Shown one piece after another: positions 1-9,700 of a DNA stretch of 64,000 nucleotides (positions within the stretch are counted from its first letter, which is position 1; each line of letters opens with the position of its first letter). This DNA is from Flavobacteriales bacterium (lineage in GTDB: Bacteria > Bacteroidota > Bacteroidia > Flavobacteriales_D > Sanyastnellaceae). The position numbers and the translations under genes were made by a program. The notes under the pieces are model-generated. The model ran no database searches and had not been told where the DNA came from. It worked only from the letters and a program-made list of their open reading frames with translations. The stretch spans positions 5,193 to 69,192 of the forward strand of contig JANOXJ010000221.1 in NCBI GenBank assembly GCA_031418455.1, read 5' to 3'.

Positions 1-363
1 CATATGAACTCGCTTCATATATCTGCCTTGTCGTTGCTTTTTACAAGCATTCCATGCGGCATATATGTGGCGTATTCTGGAGCGTTGCAGGTGCCCGCTC
101 ATAACCCTGCCGGATGGGCTTCGTTGGGCTACATAGCCATACTGGCTTGCATGGGCACCGCTGTGGCTACCATATTGTATTTCCGTTTGGCTAAAGACAC
201 AGGGGCGCTCTTTGCCTCCTCAGTAGCCTATCTTATGCCACTAGTAGCAGTGGGCTGGGGTGTGGCCGATGGTGAGCGAATTACGATGAAACACTTGGGC
301 TGTGCGGCCATTATTTTGGCAGGTGTTTATTTGGTTAATTCCAGAAAAAAGCCAGCCGGATAG
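1..363 (+). CDS. EamA/DMT-family transporter, C-terminal fragment (5-prime end outside window)
   Basis: The frame is open from base 1. The product is hydrophobic, with several helices (LGYIAILACMGTAVATILYF, AAIILAGVYLVN) and a short basic tail, as in the second EamA repeat of 10-TM DMT transporters. Confidence 0.6.
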   Translation, partial: HMNSLHISALSLLFTSIPCGIYVAYSGALQVPAHNPAGWASLGYIAILACMGTAVATILYFRLAKDTGALFASSVAYLMPLVAVGWGVADGERITMKHLGCAAIILAGVYLVNSRKKPAG

Positions 364-446
364 GGGTTAAGTATCTGTATTTCAGCCCTCAAATGGGGTG
401 CTTCGACCACTAAAAGCGGAAAATTGGAAAAAATATGGAGCTAGAG

Positions 447-477
447 TTTGCATGCTCAGGTATCAGGGCTATATTTG
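447..477 (+). promoter_or_regulatory. Candidate Bacteroidota sigma-A promoter for rplU-rpmA (-33 TTTG / -7 TAnnTTTG)
   Basis: TTTG lies at 447-450 and TATATTTG at 470-477, separated by 19 nt. This matches the published Bacteroides/Flavobacterium consensus TTTG-N19-21-TAnnTTTG. It sits about 45 nt upstream of the rplU ATG at 523. Confidence 0.45.
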
Positions 478-522
478 CGGCCCTCAAAATTTTTTGAGTT
501 AATCAATTTAAATCCAAACAAC

Positions 523-1185
523 ATGTACGCTATTGTAGAAATAGCCGGGCATCAGTACAAAGTACAAAAAGATCAGCAGATCTATGTAAACCGTCTGCAA
601 AGCGATGAAGGAGCAAAGGTTAGTTTTGACCGCGTGCTACTTATCGAAGACGGTGGAAAAGTATCTGTTGGCGCCCCAGCTATAGACGGTGCTCAGGTTA
701 CCGCAAAGGTTGAAAAACACCTAAAAGGAGACAAAGTAATTGTCTTCAAAAAGAAGAGAAGAAAAGGTTACCAGAAGAAAAATGGTTTCCGCGCTTATCT
801 TACTGCTATTAAAATAGAATCCATAGTTGGCTCTGGTGTTAAGAAAGCCGCTGCTGCTGAGCCTAAGGCTGCAGCAAAGGCTGAACCTAAAGCTGAACCA
901 ATGGCTGCTGCTGCTCCTGCTGCTAAAGCAAAGAAGGCTGACGATATTACCATAGTAGAAGGCATAGGTCCTAAAATTGCTGAGTTGTTCGCTAGCAAAG
1001 GCATAGTTAATTATAATGACTTAGCCAATGCATCAGTAGAATCGCTTCAAGCTATTTTGGAAGAGGCTGGTGGTGTTATCAAATCTAAAAACCCTGGTAC
1101 TTGGCCTGCACAAGCTAAGCTAGCTGCCGAAGGTAAGTTTGACGAATTGAAAGCATGGCAAGCCGAGCTTAACAACGGTAAATAA
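523..1185 (+). CDS. rplU: 50S ribosomal protein L21 with a C-terminal Ala/Lys-rich linker and helix-hairpin-helix-like extension
   Basis: MYAIVEIAGHQYKVQKDQQIYVNRL... is the canonical L21 N-terminus, so I chose the ATG at 523 over the ORF-track start at 448. The L21 core ends near IKIESIV. It is followed by AAAEPKAAAKAEPKAEP and then IVEGIGPKIAELFASKGI...TWPAQAKLAAEGKFDELKAWQAEL. Confidence 0.9.
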   Translation: MYAIVEIAGHQYKVQKDQQIYVNRLQSDEGAKVSFDRVLLIEDGGKVSVGAPAIDGAQVTAKVEKHLKGDKVIVFKKKRRKGYQKKNGFRAYLTAIKIESIVGSGVKKAAAAEPKAAAKAEPKAEPMAAAAPAAKAKKADDITIVEGIGPKIAELFASKGIVNYNDLANASVESLQAILEEAGGVIKSKNPGTWPAQAKLAAEGKFDELKAWQAELNNGK

Positions 1186-1222
1186 GATAATAATACTTAG
1201 ACCATAAAAAATTTAGAATAAA

Positions 1223-1477
1223 ATGGCACACAAAAAAGGTGAAGGTAAAGTAAAGAACGGCCGCGAATCGGAAAGTAAGCGCCTTGGCGTTAAACTTTAT
1301 GGCGGTCAAGTTTGCATAGCCGGCAACATTATAGTTCGTCAGCGCGGCACGCGCCACAACCCTGGTTTAAACGTGGGTATGGGCAAAGACCACACGCTGT
1401 TTGCTCTAGTGGCTGGCAATGTTGTATTTAGAAAGAAAAAAGATAACAAGTCTTTCGTTTCAGTAATTCCATCATAA
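1223..1477 (+). CDS. rpmA: 50S ribosomal protein L27
   Basis: [29 protein letters not shown]...[12 protein letters not shown] is the conserved L27 sequence. The gene follows rplU directly, in the usual gene order. Confidence 0.95.
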   Translation: MAHKKGEGKVKNGRESESKRLGVKLYGGQVCIAGNIIVRQRGTRHNPGLNVGMGKDHTLFALVAGNVVFRKKKDNKSFVSVIPS

Positions 1478-1503
1478 GAATTATTGTTCAACAATATTTT
1501 TCA

Positions 1504-1541
1504 AAACCTCGTTCTGGCTTGTCCATAACGAGGTTTTTTTG
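1504..1541 (+). terminator. Rho-independent terminator after rpmA
   Basis: The stem AAACCTCGTT (1504-1513) pairs with AACGAGGTTT (1527-1536) and is followed by a T run. Confidence 0.75.
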
Positions 1542-1708
1542 TTGTAATAAATTGTTAGTGAAAAGCGCGCATAGCGCTTGCTAACTTGCTTCAAGAAAAG
1601 AAAGTAAATGAATTGAGTTATTATGGTAGGTCTATCACCTACATCTTTGTACGGTTGGTTCGCGTAGTTATGCGAATCTACTTTTTTATATCCTATCTCA
1701 TTATTATC

Positions 1709-3361
1709 ATGAAATTTAAATTTTTACTTTTATTGGGTCTAGCGAATGCTTTGGTGGCCACACTGTGTGCTACCGATGTGCATTCAATAGTTTCGCATTA
1801 TAAAATAAATGCAGAGCAGGAAATGCTTCTGCAAGATTCATTACCCGCTATATCTACCCCTACACAAAATCAAATTCTTTCCATCTGTTTAGGCCAAAGC
1901 ATTACCCTTGCTTTTGATGGTATGCCACTTAGTGCTACTACTTTTTTAGAAATTAACTGGTATCATAATGATGTATTGGTAGGTGTGGGGGAGGAGATTA
2001 CTCTTAACAACATAACTGCTGATGCTGCCGGCAATTACACAGCAGAAATAACACGCTACAATAGTTGCGCAAGCATTACGGAAGCTTATGTAATGTACAA
2101 TGTTTTGCTTAATGAAAACGGGCCAGATATAGTGCCAACTGTGCCACTCGATGAAATAGAACTTGTATGCACGGGCAGTTATTTTAGCTTCACGTTTGAG
2201 GCCAATGTGCCAATAGATACCTATAACTGGATACATAACGGTAATACCATTAGTTCGCAAGCTAACATGGAAATATTGAGTTTTGGGCCGGAAAACCAAG
2301 GTGAGTACTACTGCACTGTTACTGCTACAAATGCCTGCGGAACCACAGAAATTAATTACCTTGTGTTCTCTCTATTTTCTGGGGACTCACTTGCGCTTAT
2401 GGACACGCCTGCAATACAAGACACCACCGTGTGCTTAGGCAATGATTTTGAGTTAACCTTTGGAAGTGTTGCTAATGTGAGTAGCTATCAATGGTACTTT
2501 AATGACACTGCAATAGGCGAAGGTCAATACTTGACCATTTCAAATATGACAGATGATAATGAAGGCGAATATTATTGTGAGGTAACCGGCAGCAACGGTT
2601 GCACAACACAAACCGAAATGTACTTGATATATAACGTGCTGGTTAGCTCAGGCCCTTTCATTATTACGCCTGAGGTATTAGGTGTTGTTGATTTGTGTGT
2701 GGGTGCTGATTTTACCTTAGTGTACTACCCGGCCGATGGTGGCGAAAACTTTGAATGGAACTACAATGAGGCGTTGGTAGGAACAGGACTTTTGTTAGAC
2801 CTTACCAATTTGCAATTGGACCAAAGTGGTAGTTACTTCTGCACTGCTACAGCTACGGATAATTGCGGCACCTCAAGCCTCACTTATGAAATAGCTACAC
2901 TAAACATAGTAGATGTAGTGCAACCTGTAATTTCTAACATTGATGGGGTGCTACAGGTGCAACAAGATTTTAACTCTTACACTTGGTATTTAGATGGAAT
3001 TTCCATGAGCAACGATGCCACGTTTGAACTCTCAGAGTCTGGCACATACGCTGTGGAAGTAACCAATGAACTTGGATGTACAAGCGCTTCCGATGATTTT
3101 TATTTTGATGGTATCAATTATTTGACTGCTGGCACTATTCGCATTTATCCTAATCCGTTTGAGAATGAATTAAACGTGCTATCTGCTAAAACTATTGAGA
3201 GCATTACTATTTATAATGCCATGGGCGCCATAGCCTACACGGCTGCTGGCCCGCTTATGGCCACCATAGACTTGTCTGCCCTAAGTGCAGGAGTGTATTA
3301 TGTAATGGTGACCAATGTGGAGCACCAGCTAGAAGTTTTAAAAGTGATAAAAGAAAACTAA
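1709..3361 (+). CDS. Secreted Ig-like repeat protein with T9SS type A C-terminal sorting domain
   Basis: I chose the ATG at 1709 (MKFKFLLLLGLANALVATLCA, a signal peptide) over the ORF start at 1586. At least four repeats carry the Ig-type D-x-G-x-Y-x-C motif (AAGNYTAEIT, NQGEYYCTVTATNACGT, NEGEYYCEVTGSNGCTT, QSGSYFCTATATDNCGT). The C-terminus reads IRIYPNPFENELNV...GVYYVMV. Confidence 0.75.
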   Translation: MKFKFLLLLGLANALVATLCATDVHSIVSHYKINAEQEMLLQDSLPAISTPTQNQILSICLGQSITLAFDGMPLSATTFLEINWYHNDVLVGVGEEITLNNITADAAGNYTAEITRYNSCASITEAYVMYNVLLNENGPDIVPTVPLDEIELVCTGSYFSFTFEANVPIDTYNWIHNGNTISSQANMEILSFGPENQGEYYCTVTATNACGTTEINYLVFSLFSGDSLALMDTPAIQDTTVCLGNDFELTFGSVANVSSYQWYFNDTAIGEGQYLTISNMTDDNEGEYYCEVTGSNGCTTQTEMYLIYNVLVSSGPFIITPEVLGVVDLCVGADFTLVYYPADGGENFEWNYNEALVGTGLLLDLTNLQLDQSGSYFCTATATDNCGTSSLTYEIATLNIVDVVQPVISNIDGVLQVQQDFNSYTWYLDGISMSNDATFELSESGTYAVEVTNELGCTSASDDFYFDGINYLTAGTIRIYPNPFENELNVLSAKTIESITIYNAMGAIAYTAAGPLMATIDLSALSAGVYYVMVTNVEHQLEVLKVIKEN

Positions 3362-3379
3362 GAGAAAACATTCAGCTAA

Positions 3380-3412
3380 AAAAGCCGCCCAATTTATTGG
3401 GCGGCTTTTTTG
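3380..3412. terminator. Bidirectional hairpin terminator between convergent genes
   Basis: AAAAGCCGCCC (3380-3390) pairs with GGGCGGCTTTT (3399-3409). An A run precedes it and a T run follows. Confidence 0.8.
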
Positions 3413-3440
3413 TTAAGGTAATTTAAGGTTAAGCAAGGCT

Positions 3441-4472
3441 CTATGCTGCGTGTTTTTGCAAAAAGGCTTCACTGGCTTTTTGCCATGCGTCCAGGTTTTT
3501 GCTGCGCTCAGTATTGAGTGTTTTGTTTATGGTGTTGTTTTTATTTACAGCTGCGTTGTATTCATTCACTGCTTTATTAAACTCGTCTGATTCGGCTTTG
3601 GTCACTTCAGATTTTTTCTTGCTCTTAATGGCAGCATCTATTTTCAAGAATGTGTCTTGCTTGGCATAAAAATCAAGCATTGCCGGAAAGTCGGTAGTGC
3701 CTTCCTTTAAGTAAAATTTAAGTATGTCCATACACGCAAGTTTTAAAGAACCGTCACCATTGAATGCTTTTATTTCCTTTAACTTGGCTAGCCCTTCGTT
3801 TGATGCTTCTATCATGGCATTTTTTGCCTGCTCTGCAGCAGCCATATCTTTTGTATTTAGGGCATTCATAAATTTTGTTTCTTCTATATAGGCTTTAAAG
3901 AAAATAAGATAAATAGGTTTGCGATAATCAAAGGCCAATCCTGCACGCTTCATCTTCTCAGATAGTTTCGTTTCTCCTTTGATAAGCGTAATATTGTTGG
4001 AGGCGGCAAATGCCTCTACTGCTACATCCAGCTGGTCATTGGACTCAGCCATTTTAGCATTTACCTGGTCTTGCAGTGTCATATATGCTTCCATTTCGCT
4101 ATATGAATTTTCTGCTATTTCTTCCAGGTTCACTATTTTCTCATAGTCGTCATTCAGTATGTCGTAGTTCAGTTTTAGGTAGTTTACAAATGCAGTTTTT
4201 ATTTCATCCTGATTATTGAAAGATGGGCGCGATTCTACATTTTTTTTAGCCGTTTTTATTTGTGCCATTACTTCCTGACGTCTGTTTTCGATTTTGCGAG
4301 CGCCTTTGCTGCGTGCTATGCTGCTGGTGTAGTCCCACATATCTTTGGTTACAGTATTGCCCTGTGCATTTAAATAATCTAAGTAATCTCCTGCTGTGGC
4401 AAAAGATTGCGCGCTTAGTTGTAAGCAGCTAATGAGAAGTAGGCACAGAGTTAAGGTGAAAGTTTTTTTCAT
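3441..4472 (-). CDS. Hypothetical secreted alpha-helical protein
   Basis: It has a signal peptide (MKKTFTLTLCLLLISCLQLSAQS). The composition is Lys/Glu/Ala/Asn-rich and helical, with no catalytic motif I recognise. It lies 9 nt downstream of the S41 peptidase gene and is co-oriented with it. Confidence 0.7.
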   Translation of the reverse strand: MKKTFTLTLCLLLISCLQLSAQSFATAGDYLDYLNAQGNTVTKDMWDYTSSIARSKGARKIENRRQEVMAQIKTAKKNVESRPSFNNQDEIKTAFVNYLKLNYDILNDDYEKIVNLEEIAENSYSEMEAYMTLQDQVNAKMAESNDQLDVAVEAFAASNNITLIKGETKLSEKMKRAGLAFDYRKPIYLIFFKAYIEETKFMNALNTKDMAAAEQAKNAMIEASNEGLAKLKEIKAFNGDGSLKLACMDILKFYLKEGTTDFPAMLDFYAKQDTFLKIDAAIKSKKKSEVTKAESDEFNKAVNEYNAAVNKNNTINKTLNTERSKNLDAWQKASEAFLQKHAA

Positions 4473-4481
4473 AGTGTTTTG

Positions 4482-6575
4482 TTATTTTGGTTGTAGTTGT
4501 ATAAGGTCTTTCATTATGTGAAAAGTTTCATGTAAGTCAGCATCTTTCTGCAGCATTTTAGATTGCTCATCAAATACTGTTTTTAAGTAGGCGTCTACTT
4601 TAATTACCATAAGGTTGGCAGTGGCCGCTGTTATTTCAAACGGACATTTAAGTTCTTTTTCTAACGACAGAATAAAATCTGCGTAAGCATTGGTTTTTTC
4701 CATTTCCTTTTCAAACACTTTTGGGTTGAGCGCTATGGCATATTCTTTTTTTGGCCAAATGGCTTTGTTTTCGTTGAGTCTTAGGTAATAGGCAGATGCG
4801 GCCATGCGTCTTTTGCTGCGCTGCAGCAAAGAGTCGGTTGGCAGGTCAGCTGCTTTTTTATACACTAAATTTTTCTCTACAAAACCTCCTTGTAGTGTGT
4901 TGCTATAACTAGATTCAGAAATGTCTAATTCTGCAAAAATATTTGGCAATGACACATGTGGTTCTACACCGCTGTTTTGGTGTGTTTTTCCTGTAATGCG
5001 ATAGACCATAAAACCAGTGGCTTTTAGATATGCCAGCGGTGTGTTGGTAGAACCTAACTGTTTCACATTGTTGTGTATAGGAAACATTGCCTGGCCTGTG
5101 CTTTTGCCATAGGTGCGCTGGCCTACTATAAGCGCTCTGTTGTTGTCTTGCAACACTGCCGAAAAAACTTCGGAGGCCGAGGCGCTAAATCCATTCACCA
5201 TTACTATAAGAGGACCATTGTATAGGGTGCCTTTGTTTAACTCTTTTACTATGGTGGGCTTACCATCTTTAGCCACCGTCATGCATATAGGACCTACATC
5301 TATAAACAAGCCGGCTAAATCCACCGCCTCGTGCATAGCACCACCACCATTGTTGCGCAAGTCCAGTATCATTCCCTTTATGCCTTCCTGGTTCATTTTC
5401 ATTATTTCCTTGCCCACATCATTCGCACAGCCTTTGTCCACATACCATGAGCTGGAGGTGTAAAATGCGGGCAACGATAAGTACCCAATTTTAGTAGAAC
5501 CTTCTTGCAGTATGAGCCCGGTTATAACATTTTCATCTACGCGTATAGCTTCTTTGCGCAATTGCACCACTTGCTTATTGCCCGATTCTTTTTCTATTTC
5601 TATACTCGCTCGGTTATTAGCGTTGTTGTCGAGCATACCTGTTAGCTCCTCGGCTTTTATGCAGCGCAAATCGGTTATTTGTTTTCCGCCTATAGTTACG
5701 CTAAGTATTTTGTCGTTTACGTTAAGTGTGTTTTGTCGCCATGCATCGCTGCCGGGCACCAGGCCTGCTATCACTTTTTCGTGCGCATCGTTGTCCGCTA
5801 TTATTATTCCAAAAGAGCGTGTGTCACTGGAAAGGCTTCCTGTAAAGGATTTATTAGTTGTCATGTCGAAGTATGCGCTGTGCGGGTCATAAGCCAGCGC
5901 TATGGCTTTTAGTAAAGCTTCCATAAGGAAGGCCTCATAGTCTGCATCGGTTTTAAATGACTGTGCCTTGTCTACCTCGCATATTAATTCTGATGCTACA
6001 TTGGATTTAATAATGCTTTCATTGGCTTTTATATAATCAGTAAGCGGTTGCGGTATGGTTTCCGGTGAGTCTTTTTCTTCCTGCATTTTTAGTGCATACT
6101 GTAGCACATCTACTTTAAAAGATTTTTCCAGAAAAATTTTCCTCATTTCTTCAGTGGCCGTAAAAGTTTTGCCGCCCCGCACGGAAAGCCTTATGGAGTC
6201 GTTAGCGATGAAGTTTAATTTAGCTCTTGATATAGTAGATACTTCTTCATTAAATCTTAAAAGATGTTCTTTGTATAAAGCTATTATACCTTCAATAAAA
6301 TCGCAATTGGAATTGCTTAACGTGTCTAAAAAATAAGGTTGAAAGTTTTTGGTATTGTTTACATCAGCTTGTGTAAATAACACGCGGTTAGGATCTATTT
6401 GTAAAAAGAAATTGAGTGCAATAAATTCTTGCGTTTGCACATTGTTAGCCACAGGAGCATAGTGCACGCGTGCAAGTGTTTGCACCATTACATGGCTGCG
6501 CTGCGATGTTTTGCATTGGGAGTGCCCGACAATTAAGATTGTGAGAGAACAAAAAAATAATAACAGTCTTAGCAT
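4482..6575 (-). CDS. S41-family C-terminal processing (tail-specific) peptidase
   Basis: Diagnostic S41 blocks are present: GMILDLRNNGGGAMHEAVDLAGLFID and GPLIVMVNGFSASASEVFSAVLQDNNRALIVGQRTYGKSTGQ (Ser nucleophile and Lys dyad). The N-terminus is a signal peptide (MLRLLLFFCSLTILIVGHSQ). Confidence 0.85.
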   Translation of the reverse strand: MLRLLLFFCSLTILIVGHSQCKTSQRSHVMVQTLARVHYAPVANNVQTQEFIALNFFLQIDPNRVLFTQADVNNTKNFQPYFLDTLSNSNCDFIEGIIALYKEHLLRFNEEVSTISRAKLNFIANDSIRLSVRGGKTFTATEEMRKIFLEKSFKVDVLQYALKMQEEKDSPETIPQPLTDYIKANESIIKSNVASELICEVDKAQSFKTDADYEAFLMEALLKAIALAYDPHSAYFDMTTNKSFTGSLSSDTRSFGIIIADNDAHEKVIAGLVPGSDAWRQNTLNVNDKILSVTIGGKQITDLRCIKAEELTGMLDNNANNRASIEIEKESGNKQVVQLRKEAIRVDENVITGLILQEGSTKIGYLSLPAFYTSSSWYVDKGCANDVGKEIMKMNQEGIKGMILDLRNNGGGAMHEAVDLAGLFIDVGPICMTVAKDGKPTIVKELNKGTLYNGPLIVMVNGFSASASEVFSAVLQDNNRALIVGQRTYGKSTGQAMFPIHNNVKQLGSTNTPLAYLKATGFMVYRITGKTHQNSGVEPHVSLPNIFAELDISESSYSNTLQGGFVEKNLVYKKAADLPTDSLLQRSKRRMAASAYYLRLNENKAIWPKKEYAIALNPKVFEKEMEKTNAYADFILSLEKELKCPFEITAATANLMVIKVDAYLKTVFDEQSKMLQKDADLHETFHIMKDLIQLQPK

Positions 6576-6637
6576 AGAGTTCTGTTCAGGTTTTAGTGCT
6601 AAAATAACGGTTGTTTAATTATTCCAACACTTTATCC

Positions 6638-6676
6638 AAAAAAAAATCGCTATGCAAGGTGCATAGCGATTTTTTA
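6638..6676 (-). terminator. Hairpin terminator downstream of the 1392-aa repeat-protein gene
   Basis: ATCGCTATGCA (6646-6656) pairs with TGCATAGCGAT (6660-6670). The flanking A and T runs give a U tail on the minus-strand transcript. Confidence 0.75.
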
Positions 6677-6707
6677 ATAGTCCTAAATTTTATTGGGAAA
6701 CTAGTTG

Positions 6708-9700
6708 TTATTCCACTATTAGTTTGGCCAATGCTTTTCCATTATTGTCAGTTATATGATACATACCAGCACTTAGGTTAGATACATCAGTTTGCATTGT
6801 ACCGGCAGAATACATATTAATATTCTGCACAATGCGGCCTGTTACATCCAATATATTAAGTGTGCTTATAAATGTTCCTTTTGCATCTATAATTAATGTA
6901 GAAGATGCAGGGTTAGGATAAACATCCAATGTGTTGTTGTTTAATTCATCCAAGCCTATAGGGCAATCTACACAAGAGCTAAAACAAACTTCAGGTAACG
7001 ATACATCTACATTGTCTACCGTAATGCTACGGTTGTAGCCACCAAAACCATCGTCTACTCCACATTCAAAAGGAACAGTTTCTACGTTTGTAAAGGTGTT
7101 GCCATTTATGAATTTGTAAAGTACCAGCGCATTTTCAGCTACACTCACTGTGGCTGTATATACGTTGTTAAAGGCAAGTGTCATAGGTGTGGCAGTAGGC
7201 GAAAATGCATTAAACGAACCGGTTAAATGCACTCCTGCAGCATCTGCAGTTAGCTGGCCCAGGTCCACTAAGAAGGTTATGTCCACCATAGGATTTGATG
7301 TACATGCTGCACAACCTGAAAAACAAACGGGAGCTAAGGTTTCGTTAGCAACGCCTGCGGTGTACGAACGATTGCTAAACGCACCTGTTCCGCATTCTGT
7401 TGGTACTGTTTCGTAGTTTATTCCGTTTAAGAATTTGTACTGCACAGTTTCTCCGCTGTTAAGCACCACTACTGCCTGGTACAAGCCTGGTGCGTATTCA
7501 CTCATTTGTGTATCTGTGCCGCTCCATGCATTAAAGTCGCCTGCTATAAATACTCCTTCAGTAGCTACAGTTTCGTTGGTCATATCCACGCGGATTGTTA
7601 TAAGCACCGGAGTTTGCTTAGCGCAAGCTTCGCATGCTGCAAAACATACAGGGCCATAGGTAGCATCTGTTACAGCCACATCAAAGTTGCGGTTGTAGCC
7701 ACCAAAACCATCGCCTAGGCCGCATGCCGCAGGTACTACTTCTGCAAATGGCCAGTCGTTGCCGTTAATGAATTTGAATAGCACTGTAGAGTTAGTGTCA
7801 ATTTGCGCAGTGTACTCATATATGCCATCGCTGTTAGCATCTGTCATAGTAGAGCTGGCAGGATTCCATCCTTGGAAGTTGCCCGCTATATGCACGCCAT
7901 TTGCACTTACTGTTTCGTTGGTCATATCCACTTGGAACAATACAGTAACTGTTGTTGGTTCTACTATAATGTCGCAGTCTACACATTCGCCAAAGCACAC
8001 TACTGCATAAGCAGTATCTGCTTCTGCTACTGCTATGCTGCGATTGAATCCACCAAAACCATCATCGGTACCGCAAGTGGCAGGTACTGTTTCGCTCATA
8101 GGCCAGTCGTTGCCATTTATAAAGCGGAACTCAGCCGTAGTATTTGTTTCTACAGGAAGTGTAATGGTATAAATTCCATCGGCATCTACGTCTGTCATTT
8201 CAGAAGCTGCAGGGTCCCAACTTTGCATGCTGCCTGCTATGTGCACGCCATTAGCATCCACAGTTTCGTTAGCCATATTTACGCTAAAGGTTACATCTAC
8301 AAATGTTGGTTCTACTATAATGTCGCAGTCTACGCAAGAGCCAAAACAAACTACTGCATATGCAGTATCTGCATCTGCTACTTCTATAGTGCGGTTCATG
8401 CCACCAAAGCCATCATCGGTGCCGCAAGTGGCAGGTACTGTTTCGCTCATAGGCCAGTCGTTGCCATTTATAAAACGGAACTCAGCAGTGGTGTTTGTTT
8501 CTACAGGAAGTGTTATGGTGTAAATTCCATCAGCATCTACATCTGTCATTTCAGAAGTTGCAGGGTCCCAACTTTGCATGTTGCCTGCTATGTGTACACC
8601 ATTGGCATCCACAGTTTCGTTAGCCATATTTAGGCTAAATGTTACATCTACAAATGTTGGTTCTACTATAATGTCGCAGTCTACGCAAGAGCCAAAACAA
8701 ACTACTGTATATGCAGTATCTGCATCTGCTACTTCTATAGTGCGATTCATTCCACCAAAGCCATCATCGGTGCCGCAAGTGGCAGGCACTGTTTCGCTCA
8801 TAGGCCAGTCGTTGCCATTTATAAAGCGGAACTCAGCCGTAGTATTTGTTTCTACAGGAAGTGTTATGGTGTAAATTCCATCAGCATCTACGTCTGTCAT
8901 TTCAGAAGCTGCAGGGTCCCAACTTTGCATGTTGCCTGCAATGTGTACACCATTGGCATCCACAGTTTCGTTAGCCATATTTAGGCTAAATGTTACATCT
9001 ACAAATGTTGGTTCTACTATTATAGTGCAGTTTACACACTCGCCAAAGCAAACCACTGAAGCTATCACATCTATAGTACCTGTTTCTAAAATTCTGTTGT
9101 TGCCGCCATTGCCATCGGGCAATCCGCATTCAGCAGGAACTACTTCTGCATCGTTCCATGTATTGCCATTTATAAATTTGTAAGAAAGGTTGGACCATTC
9201 ATCTGCTTCAAATGTAATTTCATAAATTCCATCAGCATTGTCATCTGTCATTTCAGACATGGCAGGGTCCCAACCTTGAAAATTGCCTGCAACGTGCACT
9301 CCATTAGGGCTTACACTTTGGTCTTGCATGTTTACACTCAATGTAATCATGTTGCTAGGGTCAACTATAATAACATTGCAATTGGTGCATGAACCAAAAC
9401 AAACAGTGTCTTGCACCACAGCGACAGTGTCAGTATAAAATACTCTGCTAAGGTTGCCACCACCATCGGTTAGGGCGCATTGTGCAGGCACAGTTTCTTC
9501 GTTGCCCCATGTGTTGCCATTTATGAATTTATAAAAATGCTGTTCGTTTTCGGCTATTAAAAGTGTGGTTTCAAATACGCCATCAGCATCCATGTCTGTC
9601 ATTTCAGTTGTGGTAGCACTCCAGTTATTAAACGTACCTGCCACATGCACACCGTTTAAACCAAGTGTTTCGTCTTGCATGTTCACATATAAAGTTACGT

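Noticed and set aside
448-522. N-terminal extensions given by the ORF track: rplU from 448, 1586 for the Ig-like gene, 17060 rimO, 17140 TBDR, 29376 OmpA, 47247 and 50874.
   Set aside because: In each case an internal ATG yields the canonical N-terminus or a proper signal peptide. The upstream residues are non-conserved-looking and overlap promoter or terminator regions.
7803-8633. A 276-aa plus-strand ORF, and the series of 70-118-aa plus-strand ORFs between 7150 and 10868.
   Set aside because: They lie antisense to the 1392-aa repeat-protein gene. Their translations are Cys/Tyr/His/Ile-rich nonsense, and they recur with the 351-nt period of the coding repeats. They are by-products of the repeat structure, not genes.
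7971-9023. Whether the regularly spaced near-identical repeats could be a CRISPR array.
   Set aside because: The units are 351 nt, directly abutting with no spacers. They are in frame within a long ORF and encode a complete protein domain each. No cas genes are present.
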